Shown in pieces: positions 10,299 through 19,551 of a DNA stretch of 64,000 nucleotides. The notes beneath the pieces are model-generated. The model was not told the origin of the DNA. It saw only the letters and a list, made by a program, of their open reading frames with translations, and searched no databases. A program made the position numbers and the translations under genes. The stretch comes from an uncultured delta proteobacterium (GTDB taxonomy: Bacteria > Myxococcota > Myxococcia > Myxococcales > Anaeromyxobacteraceae), in contig CAWFDF010000004.1 of NCBI GenBank assembly GCA_963814585.1, positions 480,001-544,000 of the forward strand, given 5' to 3'. Every line of letters starts with the position of its first letter. The first letter of the stretch is position 1.

Positions 10299-12698
10299 AT
10301 GCACAACGCCTCCCACCGGGCCGCCACGGCCACCCTCGCGCTCGCCCTCCTCGCCGCCTGTGGCGGCAAGAGCACGCCGACACCGACCCCCGGGCCGCTG
10401 GAGCTGGCCTGCGCGCTCTCGATGTCCGGTCCCGATCCGGTGGTCACCGTGGTCGGCCGGGCCACGACCACGGCCGGCCCTGGGGCCGCGCCCGTCGCGG
10501 TGTCGCTGTCCTTCCTTCCGGCGGGACAGACGCTGACCCTCTCCCCGCCGGGCTGGGTCGGCCAGGGCGAGTACCGGCCCCACTCGGGCGCCACCGGGAT
10601 GTCCGTCCAGGGCCAGGCCACCATCGACGGCCGCTCCGTGTCGGCCTCCTGCACGGCCACCAACCGCCTGGCGCTCTTCACGGCTCGCGCCACCGCCACC
10701 GCGACCGGCGCCGACCTGGCCTGGGAGCCGGTACCCGGTGCGGTGCGCTACCGCTGGACGCTGCGGGAGGGCACCGCCGGGCCGGTGGTGGCCTCGGCCG
10801 AGACCACCGCGACGTCGGCGTCGGTCACGGCGGCGCTCCTGGCGGGGAGCACCTACGTGCTCGAGGTGGGGGCCTACAGCCTGACCGGCACCGAGACCTC
10901 CTTCCCCACGCCGCTGGTCCCCCCGGCCGCCTCCTTCGCCCGCACCCCGATCACCGCCGGGAGGTCTGGCGGTGACGGCGTCTCCGCCTGGCAGCTCTTC
11001 GGCCCGGGCGACTACGTCGGCGACACGCTGCAGGTCGGCTTCCCCGCGCTGGCGAGCGGCGAGCGGCTGGCGGTCCTGCTGGCCAACGCCGGCGGCGACG
11101 ACGGCGGCTCCGCCAGCGTGAGCGTGGTCGGCACCGGCGCCGCCAGCCTGGCCGCGCCGACGCCGCTGCTGGCGGCGATGGCCGGCGGCGGCACGGGACG
11201 CCCGGCGGCGGCGGAAGAGGCCTTCGATCGCTCCGCCGCCCGGCGCGGCGAGGCGCTGGTGAGCGCCTTCCGCGAGGAGACCATCGCCAGGCTGCGCGAC
11301 GGCCGGCTCCAGCGGGTGACCGCGGCGCCGCCCCCGGGCCAGCGCCTGCTGGCCGCGGCCGCCGCCTTGCCCGCCACCCGGTCCTTCTGCCAGGCCCGGT
11401 GGAGCGACACCGGCACCACCATGGTCTGGCGGAGCGCCACGCTGGCCCATGAGACCGCCCACGCCGCCTTCTACTACGCCGACGAGGTGAAGCCGGGGAT
11501 CGACGCGGCGGTGGCCGCGCGCACGCCGCTCGCCCCGGCCGGCCAGGCGCCGTTCTGGGGCGAGCTCGGCGCCGCCTTCGAGACCAGGGTCTACCCGGCG
11601 CTCACCACCTACTTCGGCCCGATGAGCGACGTGGACGGCAACGGCAAGGTGATCTTCCTGCTGGCCGACCTGGGGAAGCAGGCGGGCGCCTTCGTCATGG
11701 GCTACTTCTCCCCCAGCGACATCGAGCTCGCGGCCGCCACCGCCACCAGCTGCCAGCTCGGCATGGGCGGCAACCGGGCCGACATGCTGGTCCTGCTCGA
11801 TCCGGGCCACTTCACCACCTACCTGGGCGGCACCGGGTCCAACTACGATCCGGCGCTCCAGGCCATCGTCGAGGGCGACTACCCGGGCGTCATGGCCCAC
11901 GAGCTCCAGCACGACGTCAACTACAACACGCACTGCCCGGCCGGCGCCGCCTGCAGCCTGGACGAGGAGCTCTGGCTCAACGAGGGGCTCTCCATGCTCT
12001 CCGAGACGGTGGCCGGCTACGGGCTCCACGACGCGTCGGGCCGCGCCAGCGTGCGGAGCTACCAGGGGGGCACCGACGGCAAGAGCGGGCTCCCCTACTA
12101 CCAGGCCTACGGCATGACCATCTGGCAGGGCGATCCCACCGGCAACTACGCCGGCGTCCAGGCCTACATGCAGTACCTGCTCGACCACGCCTCGCCGGCC
12201 CTCACCCAGGCGCTCCACAACAGGTGGCAGGCCGGCAAGGCCAACGTCGAGGCGGCCACCGGGGAACCGTGGGAGGTCGGCTTCTCCCGCTTCATCACCG
12301 CGGCGATGTTCTCCAACGAGGACACCGCGGAGCCCAACGGCGCGCTCGGGGCCATCACCTCGGCCGGCAGCCGGCTCGCCGCGCCGGCCTTCAACTTCCT
12401 CGGCGACGGTGTGGCCGCGGACTACGTCCCGTGGCACCGCTACGTCGGCTACTGCACCAGCGGCGGCGTGCAGACGCCCAAGGATCGCACCGCCTACGTG
12501 GCCTTCACGCCGCTGTCTCCCGGCGCCAGCGCCAGCGCCACGCTCCGCCGCGACGGCTGGGCTGCCTTCGCCACCGGCCCGGGGACGGGCGGCGCCGCCA
12601 CCATCAGGGTGCAGAGCCTGGCCTCCTCCCGCCCGCACGTGGTGGTGGTGAAGTACGCGGGGGCGCTCCCCAACTACGTGGCTCCGACCTGCCCGTAG
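10299..12698 (+). CDS. Large lipoprotein with zinc metallopeptidase domain (M30/hyicolysin-like)
   Basis: Lipobox [25 protein letters not shown]...WLNEGLS; N-terminal beta-rich FN3/Ig-like region. Confidence 0.75.
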   Translation: MHNASHRAATATLALALLAACGGKSTPTPTPGPLELACALSMSGPDPVVTVVGRATTTAGPGAAPVAVSLSFLPAGQTLTLSPPGWVGQGEYRPHSGATGMSVQGQATIDGRSVSASCTATNRLALFTARATATATGADLAWEPVPGAVRYRWTLREGTAGPVVASAETTATSASVTAALLAGSTYVLEVGAYSLTGTETSFPTPLVPPAASFARTPITAGRSGGDGVSAWQLFGPGDYVGDTLQVGFPALASGERLAVLLANAGGDDGGSASVSVVGTGAASLAAPTPLLAAMAGGGTGRPAAAEEAFDRSAARRGEALVSAFREETIARLRDGRLQRVTAAPPPGQRLLAAAAALPATRSFCQARWSDTGTTMVWRSATLAHETAHAAFYYADEVKPGIDAAVAARTPLAPAGQAPFWGELGAAFETRVYPALTTYFGPMSDVDGNGKVIFLLADLGKQAGAFVMGYFSPSDIELAAATATSCQLGMGGNRADMLVLLDPGHFTTYLGGTGSNYDPALQAIVEGDYPGVMAHELQHDVNYNTHCPAGAACSLDEELWLNEGLSMLSETVAGYGLHDASGRASVRSYQGGTDGKSGLPYYQAYGMTIWQGDPTGNYAGVQAYMQYLLDHASPALTQALHNRWQAGKANVEAATGEPWEVGFSRFITAAMFSNEDTAEPNGALGAITSAGSRLAAPAFNFLGDGVAADYVPWHRYVGYCTSGGVQTPKDRTAYVAFTPLSPGASASATLRRDGWAAFATGPGTGGAATIRVQSLASSRPHVVVVKYAGALPNYVAPTCP

Positions 12699-12799
12699 CG
12701 GCGGGGCGCGCCGCCCCGCTCCCCGGACCCGAAACGCGAACCGGCGCGACCGCTCGTGGCGATCGCGCCGGATCCACTACAGGGCGATGCGTCCTGCCG

Positions 12800-13126
12800 T
12801 CAGCGCATGGCGGGCTGGGCCGCCGGGGCCTGGACGGCCGGCAGCGGACGGCGCTCGATCTTCTCGCCGTTGGCGAGCATCTTGAGCGAGAGCGAGAGCA
12901 GGCTGGCCAGCAGCTCGCCCGAGCCCGGCACGTCGAGCTTCCGGTAGATCCGCTTGCGCCGCGCCCGGATGGTCTCGGGCGAGACGCCGGCCGCCGCCGC
13001 CGAGTCCTTGCACGCGAAGCCCTGCGCGATGCGCAGCACCTCGGCGCGCTCGGCGGGCGTGAGCGTGGAGCCTTCCATGAAGCGGGCCGCGAACGGAGTG
13101 AGAATCTCGATGTCGATCTGAGCCAT
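12800..13126 (-). CDS. Stand-alone LuxR/GerE-type HTH regulator
   Basis: LTPAERAEVLRIAQG...GVSPETIRARRKRIYRKLDV; 108 aa with no sensor or receiver domain. Confidence 0.82.
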   Translation of the reverse strand: MAQIDIEILTPFAARFMEGSTLTPAERAEVLRIAQGFACKDSAAAAGVSPETIRARRKRIYRKLDVPGSGELLASLLSLSLKMLANGEKIERRPLPAVQAPAAQPAMR

Positions 13127-13231
13127 GGTGTTACCCCCGACTAGGTGGCCCCGTTGGTCGGAGCCGTGTCTCCGGTCCCACCCCACTCAAGGCGTCGAGC
13201 AATCATCCTCGGCGCCCCCCCAGGGACGAAC

Positions 13232-13256
13232 TCGGTATCCCACACGTTAATACCGA
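13232..13256. promoter_or_regulatory. Palindromic operator-like site TCGGTAT-N11-ATACCGA
   Basis: Perfect 7-bp inverted repeat in the relatively AT-rich region upstream of the LuxR-type gene. Confidence 0.4.
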
Positions 13257-13388
13257 CCCAAGCGGTTGCCACCCCCCTGTGGTGCTTTTTTCCCAAATCA
13301 TTGATGTTATGGATCTTTTTCGGGGCGCGATCGAGCCAACCCCATTGGGTCCTGTGGCGTACCCGGACGGGAAGCTCCCCTTGGGGCG

Positions 13389-14285
13389 TCACCCGATCGA
13401 GATCCGGTCTCGCCGCCTGGGCGGCTCCGCGGACTCGGCGCGGTCACCGCCGGCCTCTCTCGCACGCGTCAGCGCCTCGGTGGCCCGCTTCACCAGGGCC
13501 CCGAACGAGATCGTGCCGTGGCCCTCGTGGCTCGCCAGCCCGACGCTGACCGTGATCGGGATGGTGCTCGACCGCTCCCGGACCCGGGCGCAGATCCGCC
13601 GCGCCACCTGGAGGCCTCCGGTGGTGGCGGTGTGCGGCATCAGCACCACCAGGCGATCGTCGCTGAAGGGGACGCTGATGTCGATGTCGCGAACGGCCCG
13701 GGCCGCCACGCCGGCCAGCTCGCCGAGCAGCGTGGCCCGGGCGCGCGGCCCGAGCTGCTGGCTCAGCCCGTCCCAGCGATCGACCGAGACCAGCGCCAGC
13801 GAGAGCGGGAAGCCGTAGCGGCGCGAGCGCTTCACCTCGACGAAGAGGAGCCGCTTCAGGAAGGTGAGATCATGCGCGCCCGAGGCCACCCGCGGCGCCT
13901 CGGCGCGCCGGGGCTCGGCCAGCTGCCGACGCGCCTGGGTCAGGCGGGCGGCCAGCGCGCAGGTGCCCATCACCTGGACCGGCGTGAGCGGGCCGACCAG
14001 CACGCCGTCGGCGCCGAGCGAGCCCGGGGAGCCCGCCGCCTCCTCCTCGTCGAAGTAGAGCACCACCACCGCCAGGCCCGGGTCGACCCTCCGGAGCCCC
14101 TCCACCACCGCCTCGGCCCCGGCCGCCGCCCGGACCAGCGCCACCACGTGGCGGGCGGGATCGACGGTGGCCGCGGCGGAGTCCGGGGGCACGACGTCGA
14201 CACCGAAGCCGGACGGCTCGAGGCCCCTGAGCAGGGCGGAGACCACCGGCTTCGACTCGATTGCGACGAGGACGCGCCCGGCCAT
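13389..14285 (-). CDS. Pseudo-receiver plus degenerate GGDEF protein
   Basis: REC-like N-terminus (RVLVAIES...GADGVL); EVKRSRRYGFPLSLALVSVD; RDID-x5-SDDRL in place of GGDEF; ITVSVGLA. Confidence 0.8.
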   Translation of the reverse strand: MAGRVLVAIESKPVVSALLRGLEPSGFGVDVVPPDSAAATVDPARHVVALVRAAAGAEAVVEGLRRVDPGLAVVVLYFDEEEAAGSPGSLGADGVLVGPLTPVQVMGTCALAARLTQARRQLAEPRRAEAPRVASGAHDLTFLKRLLFVEVKRSRRYGFPLSLALVSVDRWDGLSQQLGPRARATLLGELAGVAARAVRDIDISVPFSDDRLVVLMPHTATTGGLQVARRICARVRERSSTIPITVSVGLASHEGHGTISFGALVKRATEALTRAREAGGDRAESAEPPRRRDRISIG

Positions 14286-14313
14286 CGCCACCCAATGTAT
14301 CATCGCCGGCGAC

Positions 14314-16038
14314 GTGGCCCCCGCTCGAATCGCCCTCGCCCAGATCGACCCGACCGTCGGGGACTTCGACGGCAACGCCGCGCTCGTCCGGCGCGCCGCC
14401 GAGCGGGCCCGCGCCGCCGGCGCCTCGCTGGTGATCCTCCCCGAGCTGGCCCTGTGCGGCTACCCGCCGCGGGACCTGCTCGACCTCCCCGAGTTCCTCG
14501 ACCGCGCCGCCGGCGCGCTCGCCGCGCTGGCCGCTCCGGCCGAGTGGTCGCGCGGCCTCTCCCTGCTGGTCGGCTTCCCGGAGCGCGTCGACGGCAGCCC
14601 CCCGCCCGGGCTGATGAACTCGGTGGCGCTCATCGAGGGCGGGCGCGTCGCCGCGGTCGGCCGCAAGTCCCTGCTGCCCAGCTACGACGTCTTCGACGAG
14701 ACCCGCTACTTCCTGCCCGCCGGGGCCGCCACCGTGGCGACCCTCGCGGGGTCCGACGTCCCGCTCGGCCTCTCGGTCTGCGAGGACGTCTGGAACGACG
14801 AGCGCTTCTGGCTGCGGCCGCGCTATGGGCGGGACCCGGTGGCCGAGCTGGTGGCCGGCGGCGCGGGCCTGGTCGCCAACGTCTCGGCCTCGCCGTACGC
14901 GCTCGGCAAGCCGGCGCTCCGCGAGCGGATGCTGGCCACCGCCGCCGCCGGTCACGGCGTGGCCATCGCCTACGTCAACCAGGTCGGTGGCAACGACGCC
15001 CTCATCTTCGACGGCGGCTCGATGCTGGTGGCCGCCGATGGGGCGGTGCTGGCGCGAGTCCCGCCCTTCGAGGAGGCGGTGCTGGCCGTCGACCTCGACG
15101 GTGGCCGGCAGGTCCTCACCGGCCTGGACGGGCGCCCGCTGGCCACGCCCTCGGGTCACGCCCAGGACGCGCCTCCCGGGGCGCCGGACGGTGACGCCGA
15201 CGAGCTCTTCCGGGCCCTGACGCTGGGCGTCCGCGACTACGTCCGGAAGTGCGGCTTCCGCTCCGCCGTGGTCGGCCTCTCGGGCGGCATCGACTCGGCC
15301 CTGACCGCGTGCCTCGCCGCCGCGGCGCTGGGGCCCGCGCAGGTGCTGGGCGTCGGCATGCCGTCCCGCTACAGCTCGTCGCACAGCCGCGAGGACGCCC
15401 GGGCCCTGGCCACCGCCCTCGGCATCGACTACCAGGAGATCCCCATCGAGCCGATGCACGCCGCGTTCCTCCGCCAGCTCGAGCAGGCCCTGGGGAGGCC
15501 CCTCGGTGACCTCGCCGAGCAGAACGCCCAGGCGCGCATCCGCGGCCAGGTGCTCATGGCCCTCTCCAACGACACCGGTGGGCTGGTCCTCTCCACCGGC
15601 AACAAGAGCGAGCTGGCGGTCGGCTACTGCACCCTCTACGGTGACATGGCCGGTGGCCTGGCGGTGATCGGCGACCTGCCCAAGGGGCTGGTCTACCGGG
15701 TGGCGCGCGCCGCCAATGCCCGGGCCGGGCAGGCGCTCATCCCGGAGCGCACCTTCACCAAGCCACCCTCCGCCGAGCTGAAGCCGGGGCAGGTGGACCA
15801 GGACACGCTCCCGCCCTACGACGTGCTCGACGACATCCTCCTCGCCTACCTCGAGGAGCGCCGCCCCTTCGACGAGATCGTGGCCAGGGGCCACCCGGTC
15901 GAGACGGTGCGGCGGGTGCTGCGGCTGGTGGTGGGGAGCGAGTACAAGCGACGGCAGGCGGCGCCGGTGCTCAAGGTGTCGGAGAAGGCCTTCGGCGAGG
16001 GGCGTCGGCTGCCCATCGCCCATGGCTTTCGTCATTGA
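14314..16038 (+). CDS. nadE: Glutamine-dependent NAD+ synthetase
   Basis: Nitrilase domain (RIALAQIDPTVGD, PELALCGYPPRD, VCEDVW) plus synthetase domain (GLSGGIDS, NAQARIRG, STGNKSE, GYCTLYGD, PPSAEL, SEYKRRQ). Confidence 0.95.
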   Translation: MAPARIALAQIDPTVGDFDGNAALVRRAAERARAAGASLVILPELALCGYPPRDLLDLPEFLDRAAGALAALAAPAEWSRGLSLLVGFPERVDGSPPPGLMNSVALIEGGRVAAVGRKSLLPSYDVFDETRYFLPAGAATVATLAGSDVPLGLSVCEDVWNDERFWLRPRYGRDPVAELVAGGAGLVANVSASPYALGKPALRERMLATAAAGHGVAIAYVNQVGGNDALIFDGGSMLVAADGAVLARVPPFEEAVLAVDLDGGRQVLTGLDGRPLATPSGHAQDAPPGAPDGDADELFRALTLGVRDYVRKCGFRSAVVGLSGGIDSALTACLAAAALGPAQVLGVGMPSRYSSSHSREDARALATALGIDYQEIPIEPMHAAFLRQLEQALGRPLGDLAEQNAQARIRGQVLMALSNDTGGLVLSTGNKSELAVGYCTLYGDMAGGLAVIGDLPKGLVYRVARAANARAGQALIPERTFTKPPSAELKPGQVDQDTLPPYDVLDDILLAYLEERRPFDEIVARGHPVETVRRVLRLVVGSEYKRRQAAPVLKVSEKAFGEGRRLPIAHGFRH

Positions 16039-16049
16039 AGGGGGAACCC

Positions 16050-16832
16050 ATGGCGAAGCGCAGGGGCGGGCACGGCCGCACGCGGGCCACCACGACCACC
16101 GCCGTCGAGCTGGAGGTCTACCCGCCGGGGACGATCGATCTCGAGCGCGTCGACCTGGCGGCCGACGTGGCCACCGGCGAGTACGAGGAGCGGCTGGGCG
16201 AGCTGCAGCAGCAGGCCTTCGCCCTGCAGATCCGCGGCTTCCTCCGCGGGGAGCGCACCATCGTGGTCTTCGAGGGGTGGGACGCCGCCGGGAAGGGTGG
16301 CTGCATCAAGCGGCTCACCGCCGAGATGGACCCTCGCGGCTACAAGGTCTGGCCCATCGCGGCCCCTCGCGACGAGGACGTCCGCAACCACTGGCTCTGG
16401 CGCTTCTGGCGCCGGCTGCCCGAGCGGGGCGAGCTCTGCGTCTTCGACCGGAGCTGGTATGGCCGGGTCCTGGTGGAGCGCGTCGAGGGCTACGCCAAGG
16501 CGCACGAGTGGCGCCGCGCCTTCGACGAGATCAACGCCTTCGAGCGGACCCTCACCGCCGACGGCGTCCGGATGGTGAAGATCTTCCTGCACATCGACCA
16601 GCGGGAGCAGAAGCGCCGCTTCGCCGAGCGCGAGGAGATGGAGGCCAAGCGCTACAAGATCGGCCCCGACGACTGGCGCAACCGGAAGAAGTGGCCGCGC
16701 TACGAGGTCGCCATCCGGGAGATGCTGGACCGGACCCACCGGCCCGACGCCCCCTGGGTGCTGGTGGCCGCCAACTCCAAGCGCCACGCCCGGCTCGAGG
16801 TGCTGCGGACGGTCATCGAGCTGCTCACCTGA
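16050..16832 (+). CDS. ppk2: Polyphosphate kinase 2 family protein
   Basis: FEGWDAAGKGG Walker A, DPRG, FDRSWYGRVLVERVEG, KIFLHI, DWRNRKKW. Confidence 0.9.
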   Translation: MAKRRGGHGRTRATTTTAVELEVYPPGTIDLERVDLAADVATGEYEERLGELQQQAFALQIRGFLRGERTIVVFEGWDAAGKGGCIKRLTAEMDPRGYKVWPIAAPRDEDVRNHWLWRFWRRLPERGELCVFDRSWYGRVLVERVEGYAKAHEWRRAFDEINAFERTLTADGVRMVKIFLHIDQREQKRRFAEREEMEAKRYKIGPDDWRNRKKWPRYEVAIREMLDRTHRPDAPWVLVAANSKRHARLEVLRTVIELLT

Positions 16833-16898
16833 CCGGCCCGGCGATTCCGGTGGCGCCTCGCCGCGGCCACGCTAGATCGGGGGCCGGGAGAACCAACC

Positions 16899-17342
16899 AT
16901 GCTCGCCTCGCTCCGCTTCCTCCACGTCCTCTCCATCGCCGCCTGGCTCGGCGCCACGCTCTGGCTGGCCGGCGATGCCCGGCGAAGCCTGGCGGCCGGC
17001 CCCGACGCCGCCCGGTCCTTCTTCGAGCGGGCCGCGCGCGCGCTCCAGGTCGACCGCCTGGCCGGCCTGGCCACCATCCTCACCGGCGCCGCCATGCTCC
17101 ACGTGACCAAGATCTGGGCGGCGCTCCCCGCCTCGCTGATCGTCGGGATGGCGCTGGGCGTGGCCCGCTACGGCCTCACCGACGCCGCGCTGCGCCCGGC
17201 GGTCCGGAGACTCTCGGCGCGGCTGGAGGCCGGCGAGGCCCCGGGGACGCTGCTGCCGGTCGCCGGGCGGCTCGCCATGCTCTCCGGCATCGGCCACCTG
17301 CTCTGGCTGGGCGCGCTGGCGGGGATGATCGCCACGACCTGA
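16899..17342 (+). CDS. Hypothetical 4-TM membrane protein
   Basis: 147 aa with four hydrophobic segments, LRFLHVL N-terminus, GGAG RBS. Confidence 0.75.
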   Translation: MLASLRFLHVLSIAAWLGATLWLAGDARRSLAAGPDAARSFFERAARALQVDRLAGLATILTGAAMLHVTKIWAALPASLIVGMALGVARYGLTDAALRPAVRRLSARLEAGEAPGTLLPVAGRLAMLSGIGHLLWLGALAGMIATT

Positions 17343-17370
17343 TCGCGCGGCCTTCAGGCCGCGCCATCCG
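17342..17370. repeat. REP-like palindrome, copy 1 (ATCGCGCGGCC-TTCA-GGCCGCGCCATCCG)
   Basis: Hairpin GCGCGGCC/GGCCGCGC with a TTCA loop; identical 29-mer at 40430-40458. Confidence 0.7.
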
Positions 17371-17513
17371 TCACTCCCAGGACGTGGGTCCCGCCTGCGG
17401 TGACGGCGCCGCCCGAGGCCTCGATCCCGAGCAGGACCTGCGCACAAGCGCCCTCCGTGCTCCCGGCCCTTCGCGGTCGCGGCCCTTCGCGCCGGAGCGC
17501 GGTCCCCCATCGT

Positions 17514-17865
17514 GCTCGTCCCGCCTTCGGCGCGCCCTCTCGCCAGCTGCGATTCCGCCTGGGCGAGCGTCTTGAGGCTGCGAGGCTCGCACTCTGGGTG
17601 ACCGCGCCCCGGCGCTTCGGTGCCGCTCTCCCGGCGCCATCGAGAGGCTCCCGGGGAGCGGCGGGGCTCCGCCGCGACCAGGGGAGCCGATTCGCGTCAC
17701 CGGGTGGCTCCCGGGAGCGGCGGGGCCCTGCCGGTCGGGAGCGAGCCGCGCAGCCCCAGCAGCGTTCGCCGGATCGGACCGGCCACTGGCGAGCGGGCGC
17801 GCCGCAGGCGGGACGAGCTCCCCGGCCCGGCGGGGCTCCGCCGCGACCTGGGGAGCCGATGCGCG
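17514..17865. repeat. Composite intergenic repeat: 33-bp inverted pair plus 38-bp direct pair
   Basis: 17514-17546 and 17786-17818 are reverse complements with 2 mismatches; 17659-17696 and 17828-17865 are direct repeats with 2 mismatches. Confidence 0.7.
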
Positions 17866-18055
17866 CTACCAGAGCCTGAGCACCGCGGCGGCCACCAGCC
17901 ACGCCGGCGCGCCGAAGAGCAGCATGCGCCACCCAGGCGAACTGGAGGAGCCGGCGGCGGCCCGGCGGGTGGGTGGGGAGCCTGGCCCAGGCTCGCACGG
18001 CGCCGGCGGCGAAGCCGAGCAGGAGCAGGGGCGCGAGCAGGAGGAGGAAGTTCAC
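17866..18055 (-). CDS. Small 2-TM membrane protein (about 62 aa) with a +1 frameshift at about 17927
   Basis: GTG 18055 gives VNFLLLLAPLLLLGFAAGAVRAWARLP...LLQFAWVA; removing one base continues MLLFGAPAWLVAAAVLRLW-TAG. Confidence 0.5.
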
Positions 18056-18157
18056 GGGGACCTGGGGCAGCTGAGCCGCGGGGCCGCGGGGCGTCTCGTA
18101 GGCGGGAGGAGGTGACACGTCCTGCGGCGGCGGGGCCAGAGGCCCGCGCCGTCGCGA

Positions 18158-18721
18158 CTAGATCTGCATCACGTCCTTCTCCTTGGCGGCCACGATGAGG
18201 TCGACGTTCTTGACGCCCTCGTCGGTCTCCTTCTGCACCTTCTCCAGCGACTTCTTCACCTCGTCGGCGGAGCAGTCACCGTCCTTCTCGGCCACCTCGA
18301 GCAGCTCCTTGGCGTCGCGCCGCTCGTTGCGGATCGACACCTTGAACTCCTCGCCCTTGTGCTTCACCTGCTTGACGATCTCGCGGCGCCGCTCCTCGGT
18401 GAGGGCCGGGATGGGGATGCGGACCATGTCCTTGTCGGACATCGGGTTGAAGCCGAGGTTGGCGTCGCGGATGGCCTTCTCGATCACCGGGATGAGCGTC
18501 TTCTCCCAGGGCTTGGCCACGATCAGCCGCGGCTCGGGCACCGAGAGCGTGGCCACCTGGTTGAGCGGCGTGGCGGTGCCGTAGTAGTCGACCCGCACCC
18601 CGTCGAGCATGTGCAGCGAGGCCCGCCCGGTCCGGACCGTGGCCAGCTCGCCCTTGAGGGCCTCCAGCGTCCTGGCGATGGTGGCGTGCAGCTCCTTGAC
18701 GACGTCGTCGGCGACGCTCAT
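18158..18721 (-). CDS. frr: Ribosome recycling factor
   Basis: VRTGRAS, VDYYG...PLNQVA, IPALTEERR, IRNERRDA. Confidence 0.97.
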   Translation of the reverse strand: MSVADDVVKELHATIARTLEALKGELATVRTGRASLHMLDGVRVDYYGTATPLNQVATLSVPEPRLIVAKPWEKTLIPVIEKAIRDANLGFNPMSDKDMVRIPIPALTEERRREIVKQVKHKGEEFKVSIRNERRDAKELLEVAEKDGDCSADEVKKSLEKVQKETDEGVKNVDLIVAAKEKDVMQI

Positions 18722-18741
18722 GGCCTTCTCCTCGGGGGGCG

Positions 18742-19491
18742 CTAGCGCCCGGTGGCGCGACTGACCGTGGTGCCGATCTCCTCGCCCAGCACCACCCGGC
18801 GGACGTTGCCGCGGACGGTGGAGTCGAAGACGATGATGGGCAGGTCGTTGTCCATGCAGAGGCTGATGGCGGTGGAGTCCATCACCTTGAGGTTCTTCTT
18901 GAGCACGTCGATGTAGCTGAGGTGCTTGAACTTGGTGGCGGACGGGTTCTTCTTGGGATCGTCGGTGTAGACGCCGTCCACCTTGGTCGCCTTGAGCAGC
19001 ACGTCGGCGTCGATCTCCATGGCGCGCAGGCTGGCGGCGGTGTCGGTGGTGAAGTAGGGGTTGCCGGTGCCGGCGGCGAAGATGACCACGCGCCCCTTCT
19101 CCAGGTGGCGGATGGCGCGGCGGCGGATGTACGACTCGGCCACCTGGTGCATCTCGATGGCGGACTGGACGCGGGTCTCGACCCCGATCCGCTCCAGCGC
19201 GTCCTGCAGCGCCATCGAGTTGATCACCGTGGCCAGCATGCCCATGTAGTCGGCGCTGCTGCGGTCCATCCCCTCGGTGGCGCCGCTGACGCCGCGGAAG
19301 ATGTTGCCGCCGCCGATGGTGAGCGCCACCTCGACCCTCAGGTCGACGCAGTCCTTCACGTCCTGCGCGATGGCCTGCAGCGTCTTCGGCGAGATGCCGT
19401 ACTTGCCCTCGCCCATGAGCGCCTCGCCCGAGAGCTTCAGCAGGATGCGCTTGTAGCGGGACTTCGACTTCTCGGGTCGCTCGCTGGGCAT
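18742..19491 (-). CDS. pyrH: Uridylate kinase
   Basis: [53 protein letters not shown]. Confidence 0.97.
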   Translation of the reverse strand: MPSERPEKSKSRYKRILLKLSGEALMGEGKYGISPKTLQAIAQDVKDCVDLRVEVALTIGGGNIFRGVSGATEGMDRSSADYMGMLATVINSMALQDALERIGVETRVQSAIEMHQVAESYIRRRAIRHLEKGRVVIFAAGTGNPYFTTDTAASLRAMEIDADVLLKATKVDGVYTDDPKKNPSATKFKHLSYIDVLKKNLKVMDSTAISLCMDNDLPIIVFDSTVRGNVRRVVLGEEIGTTVSRATGR

Positions 19492-19500
19492 GGTCCGCGG

Positions 19501-19529
19501 TTTCTATGTCAGGGTGGTGGGTCGGTCAA
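19501..19529 (-). promoter_or_regulatory. Sigma70-type promoter of pyrH-frr (TTGACC-N17-TAGAAA)
   Basis: Correct 17-nt spacing; the -10 box ends 9 nt before the ATG. Confidence 0.55.
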
Positions 19530-19551
19530 GGCGCCGAGTTTCGGCGGGATT

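Noticed and set aside
13257..13272. TGGCAACCGCTTGG on the minus strand as a sigma54 promoter
   Set aside because: There is no GC at the -12 position and the TTG is one base out of register with TGGCAC-N5-TTGC.
17514..17818. Autonomous insertion sequence bounded by the 33-bp inverted repeats
   Set aside because: It is only about 305 bp, with no transposase and no evident target-site duplication.
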